Source of the DNA: Octopus vulgaris
Lineage: Eukaryota
Direction of reading: 5' to 3'
Assembly: GCA_951406725.2 (NCBI GenBank)
Contig: OX597815.1
Coordinates: forward strand, 164,176,001 to 164,240,000
Length of the DNA stretch: 64,000 nt
Shown: positions 38,491 to 50,974 of the stretch, one piece after another
How the letters are laid out: each line of letters starts with the position of its first letter
Position numbering within the stretch: position 1 is the first letter of the stretch
The notes under the pieces: model-generated
The model's input: the letters and a program-made list of their open reading frames with translations, nothing else
What the model was told of the DNA's origin: nothing
Databases searched by the model: none
Program-made: the position numbers and the translations under genes

Positions 38491-39671
38491 GTGTAGTGGG
38501 GTAATAGTGGTGGATGGCGGTGGGTGATAGCTCGGATGTTTTTTTCCAGTTCTTTTGCTAGATTCATTATAGCTAAAAAAGAGGAAGAAGAGGTGGTTTC
38601 CTGTCTAGGGAACCGCAGGTGACTGTGGCCGCGGCTATTTTTATGTGAGTGGTTATCTTTAAATGTCCGACGAGTCCCCGGGAGATGGGTAAAGGGGCAA
38701 TCCCTGTGCAAACACAATCTGTCTGGCTGGGAATAGCGGCAGATTTGGGGATTCCTTGTTTGAGATATTGGTGGTTGTGGTGATGTTGTATTATGGTGGT
38801 TGCTGTTGTAGTTTGTGGGGATAGAGCGTTTTGTTCCAGGTAAATGGGTGAATTTGCAGTCTCTATCAGTGCACAGTCTATGGCGAAGAGAATATCGGCA
38901 AATGATGGGGTTTCGAGTGGGTGTGTAGGTGCGTGTGTGTGTGTGAGCTGTGAAGGGTGTAGATGATAGTTTGTTGAAGTTTTGGCGACCTTTGTGACCT
39001 GTAGGAGGTAAATTCCTTGAGATAGCATTAGTAGTAGTAGCTGTAGTAGTAGTAGTAGTAGGTAGAAGAGATGTTGACAGTGGTAATGATTGAGGAGGTC
39101 GATTCCAAGACAAAGATGTTTGTCGATATATAGTGGGAGTAGTACTAGTAGTAGTAAGCAGAGGAGATGGTGTTGACAATGATGATGATTGAGCTGCTGG
39201 GGCAGTGAAAGGAAGGGGTGGTGCTTCCTGCTGTGTGACCCTGATGACTGGGGGGTCAATCGTTTCATTTAGCAAATCGGCCATTGTAGATGAATCAGGG
39301 AGTGGTTCATCCTGTTGTTGTTGAGGTTGTTGCTGCTGAAGTTGTTGTTGTTGCTGTAGCTGTTGTTGTTGTTGTTGCCGCTGAGTTTGTTGTTGTTGTT
39401 GTTGTTGCGCCGGTGATGCGTTCGAAGAGAAAACACATCTCAGTTTATCGAAGTGTTTATTTATTAATTTAAAAGCAACTTCGATTTGTTTTAATTTATT
39501 TTGGATCTGCTGTTCAGATCGAGTTTGCAAATGGTGAACTGTTCGTTTAGCAATTTCGTTCAGACACGAAGCACCTATGCTCTCTGTTTCGGTAAGGCCA
39601 TGCCATGTGTTGATAAGAACGTCGACTTCATTATCAGACCAGTTTTTGTTGGATTTTTGGTGGCTAGCCAT
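38481..39671 (-). CDS. LINE ORF1: Myb/SANT(trihelix)-like N-terminus, polyQ/T linker and two CCCH zinc fingers
   Basis: NWSDNEVDVLINTW...RSEQQIQNKLKQI; CRYSLRHRLCTDRDCKFTH and CRYSQPDRLCLHRDCPFTH; overlaps the ORF2 start by 10 nt. Confidence 0.8.
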   Translation of the reverse strand: MASHQKSNKNWSDNEVDVLINTWHGLTETESIGASCLNEIAKRTVHHLQTRSEQQIQNKLKQIEVAFKLINKHFDKLRCVFSSNASPAQQQQQQQTQRQQQQQQLQQQQQLQQQQPQQQQDEPLPDSSTMADLLNETIDPPVIRVTQQEAPPLPFTAPAAQSSSLSTPSPLLTTTSTTPTIYRQTSLSWNRPPQSLPLSTSLLPTTTTTTATTTNAISRNLPPTGHKGRQNFNKLSSTPFTAHTHTRTYTPTRNPIICRYSLRHRLCTDRDCKFTHLPGTKRSIPTNYNSNHHNTTSPQPPISQTRNPQICRYSQPDRLCLHRDCPFTHLPGTRRTFKDNHSHKNSRGHSHLRFPRQETTSSSSFLAIMNLAKELEKNIRAITHRHPPLLPHYTCH

Positions 39672-40137
39672 TCTGGTTGATATGTTTTATTAAATTTTAT
39701 TTTGTTCGTTCGTTTTGTTGATTACTTTTAATTATTATTATTATTTTTTTTTTTTTTTTAAGGAGAAGTATGTAGAATTGATTGTACAGAATGTTTGTTG
39801 TAATACTGAGAAGTTTGTATTTGAATTATGAGCTTGTAGTTATTTTATCTTTCTTTTCTTTTCTTTTTTTTTCCCTCTTTTTCTAATTTTTAATGTGTGG
39901 GTGATCCTTTAGTTATCAGAAGGTGTTTGAAAATATTTGGTCGTTTGAAAATTATGAAAATAGTTTGTGGTTAAGGAAAAGTCTACTCACGAGTTGGGAA
40001 AAAGCGTGGTTTCAAATATACAGGAATATATGTGATGGTCAATTACGACGAATGTAGCTGTGAAGCTTGCTGCTGACCCGCGCAGAGAGGAGTAAAAACA
40101 CGTCTTATCGTCTCAGCTTACAATGACTATATGTATG

Positions 40138-40168
<31 letters not shown>

Positions 40169-40269
40169 ATGTATATATATATATATGTATGTATATGTAT
40201 ATATATATATATGTATGTATATGTATATATATATATATGTATGTATATGTATATATATATATATGTATG

Positions 40270-40322
<53 letters not shown>

Positions 40323-40689
40323 ATATATATATATATATATGTATAAAATATATGCATATATATATATATATATATATGTATGTACCTACATGTACATATA
40401 CACGCATATATGTGTATGGATACCAAAGGATCGAACACATAGAGAGACGAAAAACATAGACACAAACCAAGGAACAAGACAAGCAAAAAAAGGAGATACA
40501 GGACAATAAGCACAACGAAAAATCCCTTGTTCAGTCGCTAAGTTTCATCTACTAAACGTTTCGAAGGATGCGAGACGTATACTTCAATGAAAAATTCCTT
40601 CCCGAGACAAGCAAATAATTAAAATTATGAGATCTTGTCGCGGAGGGGTCAAAAAAGCCAGTTATATATATATATATATATATATACGC

Positions 40690-40731
<42 letters not shown>

Positions 40732-40786
40732 TTTAGTGTGCAAGATTTTTTATTTCGTGTGTTGAAACAGATATTGTTATATTTCG

Positions 40787-41173
40787 AATGGTCATATTGC
40801 CAGTTTAGCCATCTTATTTCGTTATTTTGCTTCAAATATTTATTTTTACATTAATCTTAATCTTATTTCGGCTTCCTGTGACCGCATCAGTGGTCCTTTG
40901 TTTTCTTCTCACTTACTTGTGTCTCTCCTTACTAACCGTCAGCCATTTTGTATTTCTCTAGAGAAATACAAAATGGCTGACGGTTAGTAAGGAGAGACAC
41001 AAGTAAGTGAGAAGAAAACAAAGGACCACTGATGCGGTCACAGGAGTGTGACGAAAGAACTTTGGCCGAAATAAGATTAAGATTAATGTAAAAAATAAAT
41101 ATCACTGAAGCAAAATAACACCAAATATATAGTGCGTGTGTTTTTATTGGCTAAACTGGCAATATGACCATTC
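40787..41173. repeat. Palindrome with perfect spacerless 86-bp arms (40874-41045), probably a Penelope-like inverted pLTR remnant
   Basis: Centre ctct|agag at 40959/40960; imperfect extension tggtcatattgccagtttagcca / tggctaaactggcaatatgacca; flanked by (TA)n. Confidence 0.85.
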
Positions 41174-41175
41174 CA

Positions 41176-41417
<242 letters not shown>

Positions 41418-41419
41418 TG

Positions 41420-41770
41420 TGGAGGCGCAATGGCCCAGTGGTTAGGGCAGCGAACTCGCGGTCATAGGATCGCGGTTTCGATTCCCAGACCGGGCGTTGT
41501 GAGTGTTTATTGAGCGAAAACACCTAAAGCTCCACGAGGCTCTGGCAGGGGATGGTGGTGATCCCTGCTGTACTCTTTCACCACAACTTTCTCTTACTTC
41601 CTGTTTCTGTTGTACCTGTATTTCAAAGGGCCGGCCTTGTCACTCTCTGTGTCACGCTGAATATCTCCGAGAACTACGTTAGGGGTACACGTATCTGTGG
41701 AGTGCTCAGCCACTTACACGTTAATTTCACGAGCAGGCTGTTCCCTCGTCGTCGTAACCGACGGAGTGCT
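41420..41770 (+). mobile_element. SINE family C within a TA-rich microsatellite
   Basis: ggaggcgcaatggcccagtggttagggcagcgaactcgcgg...ggtttcgattccc head; same body as the 34694 copy. Confidence 0.85.
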
Positions 41771-41823
41771 TCCTCCTCCTATATATATATATGTACGTAT
41801 ATGTATATATATGTATGTATATG

Positions 41824-41854
<31 letters not shown>

Positions 41855-42205
41855 GTATATATATATATGTATGTATGTATATATATATATGTATGCATGT
41901 ATATATATATATGTATATATATATGTATGTATGTGTATATATATATATATGTATGTATGTATGTGTATATATATATGTATGTATGTATGTGTATATATAT
42001 ATGTATGTATGTATGTGTATATATATGTATGTATGCATGTATATATATATATGTATATATATATGTATGTATGTATGTGTATATATATATATATGTATGT
42101 ATGCATGTATATATATATGTATATATATATGTATATATATATATGTATATATATATATATGTGTGTGTGTGTATGCATGTATGTATATATATGCATATAT
42201 GTATG

Positions 42206-42236
<31 letters not shown>

Positions 42237-42277
42237 GTGTGTGTGTGTATGCATGTATGTATATATATGCATATATG

Positions 42278-42313
<36 letters not shown>

Positions 42314-42857
42314 TATCTATCAGTCTATATGTTTATTCATCTATTTCTCTCTCTCTATATATATATATGTGTATGTGTGCGTATGTCAGTGTATATGTGT
42401 GTTTGTGTGCGTCTGCTCACGTGTGTGTGTGTGCATTTGTACGGGTGTTTCTCTTTTAGTCCTGCTGCATTTTATTTTCTAACCTTTCTCCGTCGACTCA
42501 CAAAACATCCTTCACTTTGTCTCTCCCACGTTTCTCCTTGATTTTCTTTGATCTATTTTTCTGTTGCGCATCTTACTCTCTGGCTTTTTTTCTGAACAAA
42601 ACAACTATTTCTCACCCCCATTCACTCTCTATGTCGCTCTTCTCTCAAACACCTGTCTGTTTATTATTTCTTCTTTCCAACTCTCTTCTTTCACCATCAC
42701 TTCTATCCCTATTTCGCCAATTTCCTTTCTTCCATTACTACCTCTAATTACAATCTATCTTTCTATCTATCGATCTATCTATTTGTCTGTCTGTCTGTCT
42801 GTCTATTTGTCTATCTATCTAATTTTCTATCAATCTATCTATATTTCTATCTATCTG

Positions 42858-42916
<59 letters not shown>

Positions 42917-43185
42917 GTCTATTTGTCTATCTATCTATCTATCTATCTGTCTGTCTGTCTGTCTGTCTGTCTATATATCTATTTATCTATTCATCTATTT
43001 ATCCTCCTATCTCTCAATCCTCTTTCTCCTCTATCTATTTAGCTATGTACTTGTCTGTGTATCTATCTATTTCTGCTACTCCATCTCTCTCTCTCTCTCT
43101 CACACACACACACTAACTCCTTTTATCAATCTATCTGTCTGTCTACCTATCAATTTTCTACTTTCTCTCTCTCTCTCTTTGTATA

Positions 43186-43249
<64 letters not shown>

Positions 43250-43254
43250 CATAA

Positions 43255-43632
43255 GGGTACTACAGGTAGCACCAGCACGCTAAAAATGGCAGTCAAAAGA
43301 CAACTACAACCACAAATTTTCACTGATACACATTAACTGAAGTCGGGGAGATAAGGAAAAATACTAAGCCCCCGTACCAATAACGAAAAGAATCGTAAAT
43401 TGAAAAGCCAAACCATTTTGGAACTTTGTGGAAGTGCCACTTAGTTTTCATCTGCGAGTCTCACTGACTCCCTGTCTGGCTTTTCAATTTACGATTATTT
43501 TCGTTCTTGGTACGGGGGCTTAGAATTTTTTCTCATTGCCTTGACTTCAATTAAAGTGTGTCGGTGAAAATTTGTGATTGTAGTTGTCTTCTGACTGCTA
43601 TATTTGGCGTGTTGGTGCTCGCTGTAGCACCC
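43255..43632. mobile_element. MITE with ~155-bp TIRs, GGG...CCC ends and TAA/TTA flanks (PIF/Harbinger-like)
   Basis: gggtactacag...aatcgtaaattgaaaagcca / tggcttttcaatttacgatt...ctgtagcaccc. Confidence 0.75.
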
Positions 43633-43668
43633 TTAATTATCAATTAATGATTTTTTTACTTCCTAGTA

Positions 43669-44179
43669 CCGTAAATCCTCGTGTATAGTCCGCCTTTGAG
43701 TATAATACGCAGGGAATTTTTAGGGGGCTGTACCTCTGAAAAACCTAAACCTTGTGTATAATACGTCTCTAACTTGAGTCAAAGAGATCTATATAACGTC
43801 CTTGGTTTGTAAAACTGTATACGGTAACGTCCTTTATTATTATTGTATATATAACATAATGCAAACGTGTAGCTTTTTTGTGCATTTTGTTTGCAGAAAA
43901 TAAAGAAATAACAGTAATAACGTTTAATAAATGTTGCTTACTGCATATTATGGATGATTCTTTTATGACTTCATTGCTTTCAGGCTTAGGTTAATGTATT
44001 TTCGCGCCCGACATCAAAAAATGCGTCCGAATAAACATTGCCGGACAGCAAATAGAGACTCGGACATTGCTTAGAAAATATTTTTTCTTTTCATTTTTAA
44101 CCTCGTGTATAGTATGCACTAGGGATTTTGACCTTTAAATTTTGGGGGAAAAATGCGGATTATACTCGAGGATTTACGG
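43669..44179. mobile_element. Tc1/mariner-pogo-type MITE with TA TSD
   Basis: TA|ccgtaaatcctcgtgtatagtccgc ... gcggattatactcgaggatttacgg|TA. Confidence 0.85.
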
Positions 44180-44229
44180 TATTTTTTTACGCATGTTATG
44201 CTACTTGATATTATTGTAAACAATTTATC

Positions 44230-44280
<51 letters not shown>

Positions 44281-44463
44281 CTCTGTCTCTCTCTGTCTCT
44301 CTCTGTCTCTCTCTCTCTCCATCTACCTATCTAGCTATCTATTTATCCGTCTACCAATCTATATATTTCTCTCACTCTTCCTCACTCTCTTTATCTATCT
44401 TTCTAACTGTCTGTCATCTATTTATTTATTTATTTATTATTTTTTTCTTTCTTCCTTTTCTAG

Positions 44464-44673
44464 TTTTTAAAAAACCCAGGTACGCAAAATGAAAAGCGTC
44501 ACTTGATGTGTGACATTCTGTGCTTCTTCATGCTGACACCATTGGCTGGTGTGAGCATCTGGCTATGTCTGGTGGGCGCCGAATTCTTTTTGCAGTGGGA
44601 CATCCGTTGGGAAGTACCCGGCCTGGCCTGCCTCGCTGTCTTTCTGCTCATCATCTACATCGTCTGGTGCACG
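44464..44673 (+). CDS. MARCHF2/3-like: Exon encoding the two transmembrane helices of the MARCH2/3-like ligase
   Basis: Long pyrimidine tract with a tag acceptor, ACG|GTAAGA donor, phase 0-0. Translation FLKNPGTQNEKRHLMCDILCFFMLTPLAGVSIWLCLVGAE...GLACLAVFLLIIYIVWCT closely resembles the MARCH2 segment [39 protein letters not shown] as recalled. Confidence 0.92.
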
Positions 44674-45735
44674 GTAAGATTTACACATTACTCGAAATTT
44701 TTCTATGAATTGGAAGCACATTTTCGTTTATAGCATATTTATTTCTAAAAATTCTGTAAATTGATATGCAGTTCATTGATAAAGATTCAAATTACCAGTA
44801 TTGGTTTCAAATTCTGGCGCAAGGCCACGAATTTCGGTGGAAGGAAGTAAGTTGATTACATCGACCCCAGTACTCAACAGGTTCTTATTTCATAGGCCCC
44901 GAAAGGTTGGAAGGCAAAATCGACCTCGGCGGAGTTTGAACACAGAGCGTAAAAACGGCCGAAATGCCGCTAAACATTTTGCCCGCATGCTAACAATTCT
45001 GTCAGCTCGTAACCTTAAGTTAACAATATTATAAACTCCTGATACACGGACCTTCTTTCTTGATCCTCTTTAGCTATTCTAGTGCTTCTGTAAGGGTTTT
45101 TGGTCCTCTAAACTGGTATGCTTTCTCTAACGAAACTGCATGAAACACACGTGTCTTCTGACGTCACCCTTACTTTTCACTTCACACCCCATATTCTTCT
45201 CCACAGTCTCCACCACAGTCTGTGTTATTTCGCCTAGTCTTTCTTCTTTCTCTCCGGAAGGTCAAACAACTTCAGTTTCATTTGTCTCTCCCCTCCACAC
45301 ACACACACACACACACTCTCACACACGCCACGATTTTTCTTGCAATCGTCTTGTTATGCCGAAACTGTAGAGAAGCATGCAACAGTCACTGCGGGCATGC
45401 AACTGTCATTAAGACAGATCCTTCTCCCGAAGAAGCATAACAAAAATGCTTTAACAAAGGCAGTATGATTTCGTCTCAGATATGTTCATTATAATCACTG
45501 ATTTAGTACAGATAGCACGAACAAACTTATAGGAAAATAATCATTCGTTGTTGAGGAAACTATGTCAGTCAGTGACTTACAATGTTTTATTTATTTCGAG
45601 AAGTATCACTGAGAACCCGGGAAATGATTAGGTCTTGTTATGACCTCATAAGGGAAACTTAAGAGCAGCTTGGTATTGTCTCCTGAAAAATATTAATAAT
45701 TCTAGTAATAAACTTTCTAGTTTTGTATATATATT

Positions 45736-45966
45736 TTTTTTTTACTAAACATAGAGGGGCTAAACATAGAGGGGACAAACAAGGACAGACAAACGGATTA
45801 AGTTAATTACATCGACCCCAGTGCGTAACTGGTACTCATTTAATCGACCCCGAAAGGATGAAAGACAAAGTCGACCTCGGCGGAATTTGAACTCAGAACG
45901 TAGCGACAGACGAAATACTGCTTAGCATTTCGCCCGGCGTGCTAACAATTCTGCCAGCTCGCCGCC
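45736..45966 (-). mobile_element. SINE family A with 21-bp TSD
   Basis: ttctagttttgtatatatatt at 45715-45735 and 45967-45987. Confidence 0.85.
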
Positions 45967-46094
45967 TTCTAGTTTTGTATATATATTCACGGCAATAGCC
46001 CAGCATGACTGCAGCCGCATAGCTGAAGCGAATAAAAGTATACATACATACATACATACATACATACATACATACATACATACATACATACATA

Positions 46095-46631
46095 CTGATA
46101 TAATGATTTGGGATACAGAAGTGAAACTGTGTACAGTTGTGGAAATTAGCTGCCCAGCGGATGTTATTATGTCAGTGAAAAAGAGAACGCCTACGCTGAA
46201 CTATTGAGAAATCTGCAGTTACTCTATACAGATTACAAGCTCAGGTTTATACCTGTAATCATTGATGCCCTAGGATATGTTACATACTACCTAAATACCA
46301 ATCTTGAGAAATTGGGCTTCTCAAAACCAGAAAGGAGAAAGCTAATTCAAAGACTACAGATCTAATCCATCACTGGAACTATAAAAATCTGTAAAACTTT
46401 CCAGAAGTTTATCGTTTAAATATATATGAGCATGTCTAGATATGCAACTATATACATAAGAATACATACATAAAGGAAAACGTACAAATCTGCACATATA
46501 TGTACTTACATACATACAATCAAAAATACCCTGTTGTTGATGTTGAAATTCCAATGAAGGAACCTTAGATCTGGGTTAGAAACCGGCTCTTTCTCTAATG
46601 GTAAGAAATCTTGAAAAATAACTGAACAATG
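46095..46631 (+). mobile_element. 3' fragment of an R4/Dong-clade LINE (restriction-like endonuclease domain) inserted in (ACAT)n
   Basis: Hand translation DIMIWDTEVKLCTVVEISCPAD...EKENAYAEL...FIPVIIDALG, a PD-(D/E)xK RLE C-terminus; (TACA)n on both sides. Confidence 0.8.
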
Positions 46632-46906
46632 ACATACATACATAGCATCCCATGAGTTACCACATTTATGTTAAAAATACGTTGCTTTCGTTTCAATTAA
46701 TTTTGAAAATATTTCATAAAATAACTTACCCTTATTAAAAAATGTTTGAAAATTAAATTAACTTAAAATTTTAATGGAAATTTTTAATTTAGAGCACCTT
46801 AAAACAAAAATTTGTGTCAAAAGATTGAGAATGGTCTCAGGCGGATTCAGATCAAAAGGGTACGGCTTACCGTCTCATATGGCTATACTTCTCATTTATA
46901 TATTTA

Positions 46907-48003
46907 CTAGCAGTATCACCCGGTGTTGCTTGGGTTTGTTTCGACCCTTTAGATTTGGAATTTTTGAAAAGTAAAACTTTTGCATTATGCAACTTTTTAT
47001 TCTCTTCAAGTGAACATTTTTCCAGTTGAAATACACCGAAAAATGGTGACACAGCAGTCATAAATCGTAAAAAATAGGGATTTTCATAGAAAAAAAGCAC
47101 CATTTTGATGTAAATAATTTTTGGTGTTAACATGGTCCGATTTGAATTTTATCTTCTACAGAATGAAGAGCAAGTCTTCTTCTATCATACTCTCAATTTT
47201 GGTCAACTTGCCCTGCAGGGTCTCGGAGGAGATAGTGTTAGTTGAAGGCTACCAACCCTGCCACACACAGACAACTTCAGCTTTATATATAGAGATTTGC
47301 TACACACTACTTTCCATCCTTAATAATGAAACTTGGTAGATCCAAAAGTTAAACACACAGACACACACACAGATACACAAGTTGAGTTTTATATATATAG
47401 ATTTCTCAACGGGGATTTCAGGGAAGAGCTTCAGGGAGTCGCTGGCGATGTATCGTGATGATTAAAAATCCGGCCTGCTAAAATTTGGTTAAAGTGATTC
47501 AAACTGCAGACTCAACGCAAAATAGTCACATTTAATTCAAAGCGTTAAAAATGTTATGAAAACAATTGGTATGTGTTCACAAAGTCCAAACGATTAATAT
47601 AAAAAACCCTCCAGGCTACATCCCGAAAATTCATTTCTTTGCCGAATTTCTACAATGTTTACGGCGATTCGTTTTTATATCTTGACTTTTAATTTTTCAT
47701 GCAATTTACGCATACTTGCACGCGTGGTGAACACAGTTCACGTCAAACAGCTGACTGGGTAAAGTTCACTATTCAATGCATGGGATAAGGCCTAAACAAA
47801 CACATTATCGATTTTTGCACTTGCGAGATGAATTTCGGAACAGAAATAGCGCATTTCAATTTTCATTCGCCTAAACTTTAAGTGACCCATTTTTGGTGGT
47901 TCTACGATTTGTTGGCTAGGAGAAGATGTGCCGGGAAGTTAAACACACAGACACACACACAGATACACACACAGACACACAAGTTGAGTTTTATATATAT
48001 AGA
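46907..48003 (-). mobile_element. Composite non-autonomous Helitron with one 3' end and stacked 5' ends
   Basis: CTAG 3' end with hairpin at 46907-46935; 5'-end motif acacacagac...tttatatatataga|t repeated at ~47295, ~47401 and 48003. Confidence 0.65.
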
Positions 48004-49088
48004 TGTTCATTCATCGAATATCTAAAGTGAGTGTATATATGAGTATATTTGTGTATGTATCAATTGTCTGGCAAAACCCAGTTCATCGAAATACTTATGC
48101 TTAAATTTTGTTTCATTCAAAAGATCTTACTCATAACACTGGTGTTTATGATTTCTGTCCATTTCCTGTTTTCCCTTTTACATTCCTGTCATACAGCGAG
48201 AAATTGTGTTGTCCAAAAGTCTGAAATAGAGTTAATTTTAATGCTATGACTGGTAGTGATATTAAACTGGCATCAGTTAATTTAGCAGGAACATAAGTAA
48301 GTTCGCTGCATCACTTTAAAGTAATTAACATTAGATTGGGTGTTATATCCCACTATAAAAGGAGAGAATACGGTTCGCAAAATTAATACAAACTATCTAT
48401 GTCTCCCGATCGCAGATTGCGCACGTTTGATAAAAAAAACACCATAGAAATAGTATTTAAAAATAGCCTAACTTTTGGTTCAATTAAATAAGAATATATT
48501 TTATGCACATATTTAGTTGACAATCTTTTATTTATCCAATATCTAAAGCGATATAGACTTCTTCAAAAATAGAAAAATGTCTGTCAGTATTTAATTAAGG
48601 CAAGAAGTGATACATCTCTTTGAAAATACTTTATATCTATGGCAATAATCATATATAATTATGAATTTTTACTGCTGAAATTCTTCTTCTTCATCACAAC
48701 ATATCCCTATCAATCTTTTAAATGAAATATTACCCACTGTCTCAATGATTCTTTTCTCATAAAAGGTGCTAAGAATTATTGATAGCTGCAGAAGACAAGA
48801 GATCGTGTGTGGAACATGAAAAAAGAAAGGGGAAAAAAATTGTTATAAAAGATTAAGCATTAGTGTTGAAAAAGAAATATCATTTGCGGAAATTGATTTA
48901 GTAGAAGGGGAAAAATGTGTTATAATAATATGAAGAAAAGTGTCATATAGCCAATTATTTCGCTGGCAATGAACCAATTTATATAAGGTTTACAGAATAT
49001 TTATGCATTTATCTGTCTATCGATATCTATTCGTTATATATATGTATATATATAAATATATATACGCACACACAGATATATATGTATG

Positions 49089-49149
<61 letters not shown>

Positions 49150-49450
49150 ATGTGTATATATATATATATATATATTATGCATGCACGTCTGAGCCCGTGT
49201 GTCATCATCATAGTCATCGTCTTAACTTATTGGCAAAGATGAAAGATTACTTAAGTATATTTTTTTATATATGAATGCGCGTATATATCTATCCAATTAT
49301 GCACGTATGTATGTATGCATGTATGTGTGTGTGTTTGTATGTATGCATGTATGTATGTATGTATGTATGTATTTGCATACATACAAATGTATACGGTTAG
49401 GCATATATATATGTGCGTGGGTGGGTGCTTGTGAGATTAAGTGTGTGTGC

Positions 49451-49502
<52 letters not shown>

Positions 49503-50352
49503 ATATGTGCATATATGTAAGTACATATACATATATGTATGTGCATATACACACACACACACATATCTATACATATGTACACACACACACACACACATAT
49601 ATATGCAAATATATACGTGCTTTTGTATATATATATGTATTTACACACGCACGGACGCATGTATTATCTTGTTATTGCTTAATATTTGGCTTGAGTCAGT
49701 GATTGGAATGCAGCCAAGTTGAGACACGCTAACATTGCTTTTGTCGATCTTATCAACCTCAGCCCTTATTTCAGTGTGATACTATTTTATCGGTTTCCCT
49801 TTCTCCAACAGTTAAGTTACCATCCTTTTTAATGCGAATACTTATCATTTATAGCACTTTTGTTTCCATTTTCCTTTCTGTTTTTTTTTCCTTCTCAAAG
49901 AGGAACGAAACTAAACACACCTCTCTCTATCTTTTTTTTTTTTTTTTTTTTGAAATTATTAGAAATAGCAGCTAAATCTCCCTTTAATCACACGCTCCAG
50001 ATTTCTACTAAGAGAAGGACATATTTATAGATACTCCCAGAAAGACGAGATGAGCATGATTAGATTGACATTAATTATAGAGCTCTTTGTTTTATCGAAA
50101 CGATAACAGCATCAACAGTATTGAAAAGGAATAAGTATGCACTTTCCGTCAACTTTATACAAAAATACTTTTGAATTTTCTAAGGTGGAGTTCTTATTTT
50201 TATTCATTGGAAGTCACTCTCAACCCAGACTGTACGTAGTCAGCAATATGAGAGGCTTCAAACCACGCTTAGACCATTGGGATTTACAAAGTGAAATTAT
50301 TTTCATCTCTAATTTAGAGAATCTGCTCAAAAGTTAATATAAAGATCAACAT

Positions 50353-50762
50353 AGGCGCAGGAGTGGCTGTGTGGTAAGTAGCTTGCTAACCAACTACATG
50401 GTTGGGGGTTCAGTCCCACTGCGTGGCATCTTGGGTAAGTGTCTTCTGCTATAGCCCCGGGCCGACCAATGCCTTGTGAGTGGATTTGATAGACGGAAAC
50501 TGAAAGAAGCCTGTCGTATATATGTATATACATATAAGTGTGTGTGTATGTGTTTGTATGTCTGTGTTTGTCCCCCTAGCAGTGCTTGACAACCGATGCT
50601 GGTGTGTTTACGTCCCCGTCACTTAGCGGTTCGGCAAAAGAAACCAATAGAATAAGTACTGGGCTTACAAAGAATAAGTCCCGGGGTCGATTTGTTCGAC
50701 TAAAGCGGTGCTCCAGCATGGCCGCAGTCTGAAACAAGTAAAAGAGTAAAAGAGTAAAGAGT
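50353..50762 (+). mobile_element. SINE family B, full length
   Basis: ggcgcaggagtggctgtgtggtaagtagcttgc head; (AAAGAGT)n tail. Confidence 0.85.
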
Positions 50763-50974
50763 ATAATATTTAATAAAAATAAGATTTTTATCGGAAATAT
50801 GAAAGAAGGAAGTGAGTTCTATGAAAACAATTTTCAAGCAAAGAGTCTGTTAGAGCAGAAACATTTTTGGAGGAGCGGACAACATTAGATAAAGGATGTG
50901 AATTAGCAACATAAGCCCACTACAAGGTTGCGCGGTAGCTTGAGTGTAAGAGTACCATGGTTTCACTATATGTT

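Larger units (their letters stand above)
35385..40128 (-). mobile_element. Apparently full-length CR1/L2-group LINE, antisense within the host intron and flanked by (TA)n
   Basis: Two intact ORFs; 3' tail (TTCTAAGTTA)x2; 5' end agtcattg...agacgtgtttt; TA-rich microsatellite on both sides. Confidence 0.9.

Noticed and set aside
41420-41495. tRNA-like sequence (also at 16191, 30025 and 34694)
   Set aside because: These are SINE heads continuing into shared bodies, some with TSDs; the acceptor stem is not intact, so they are not tRNA genes.
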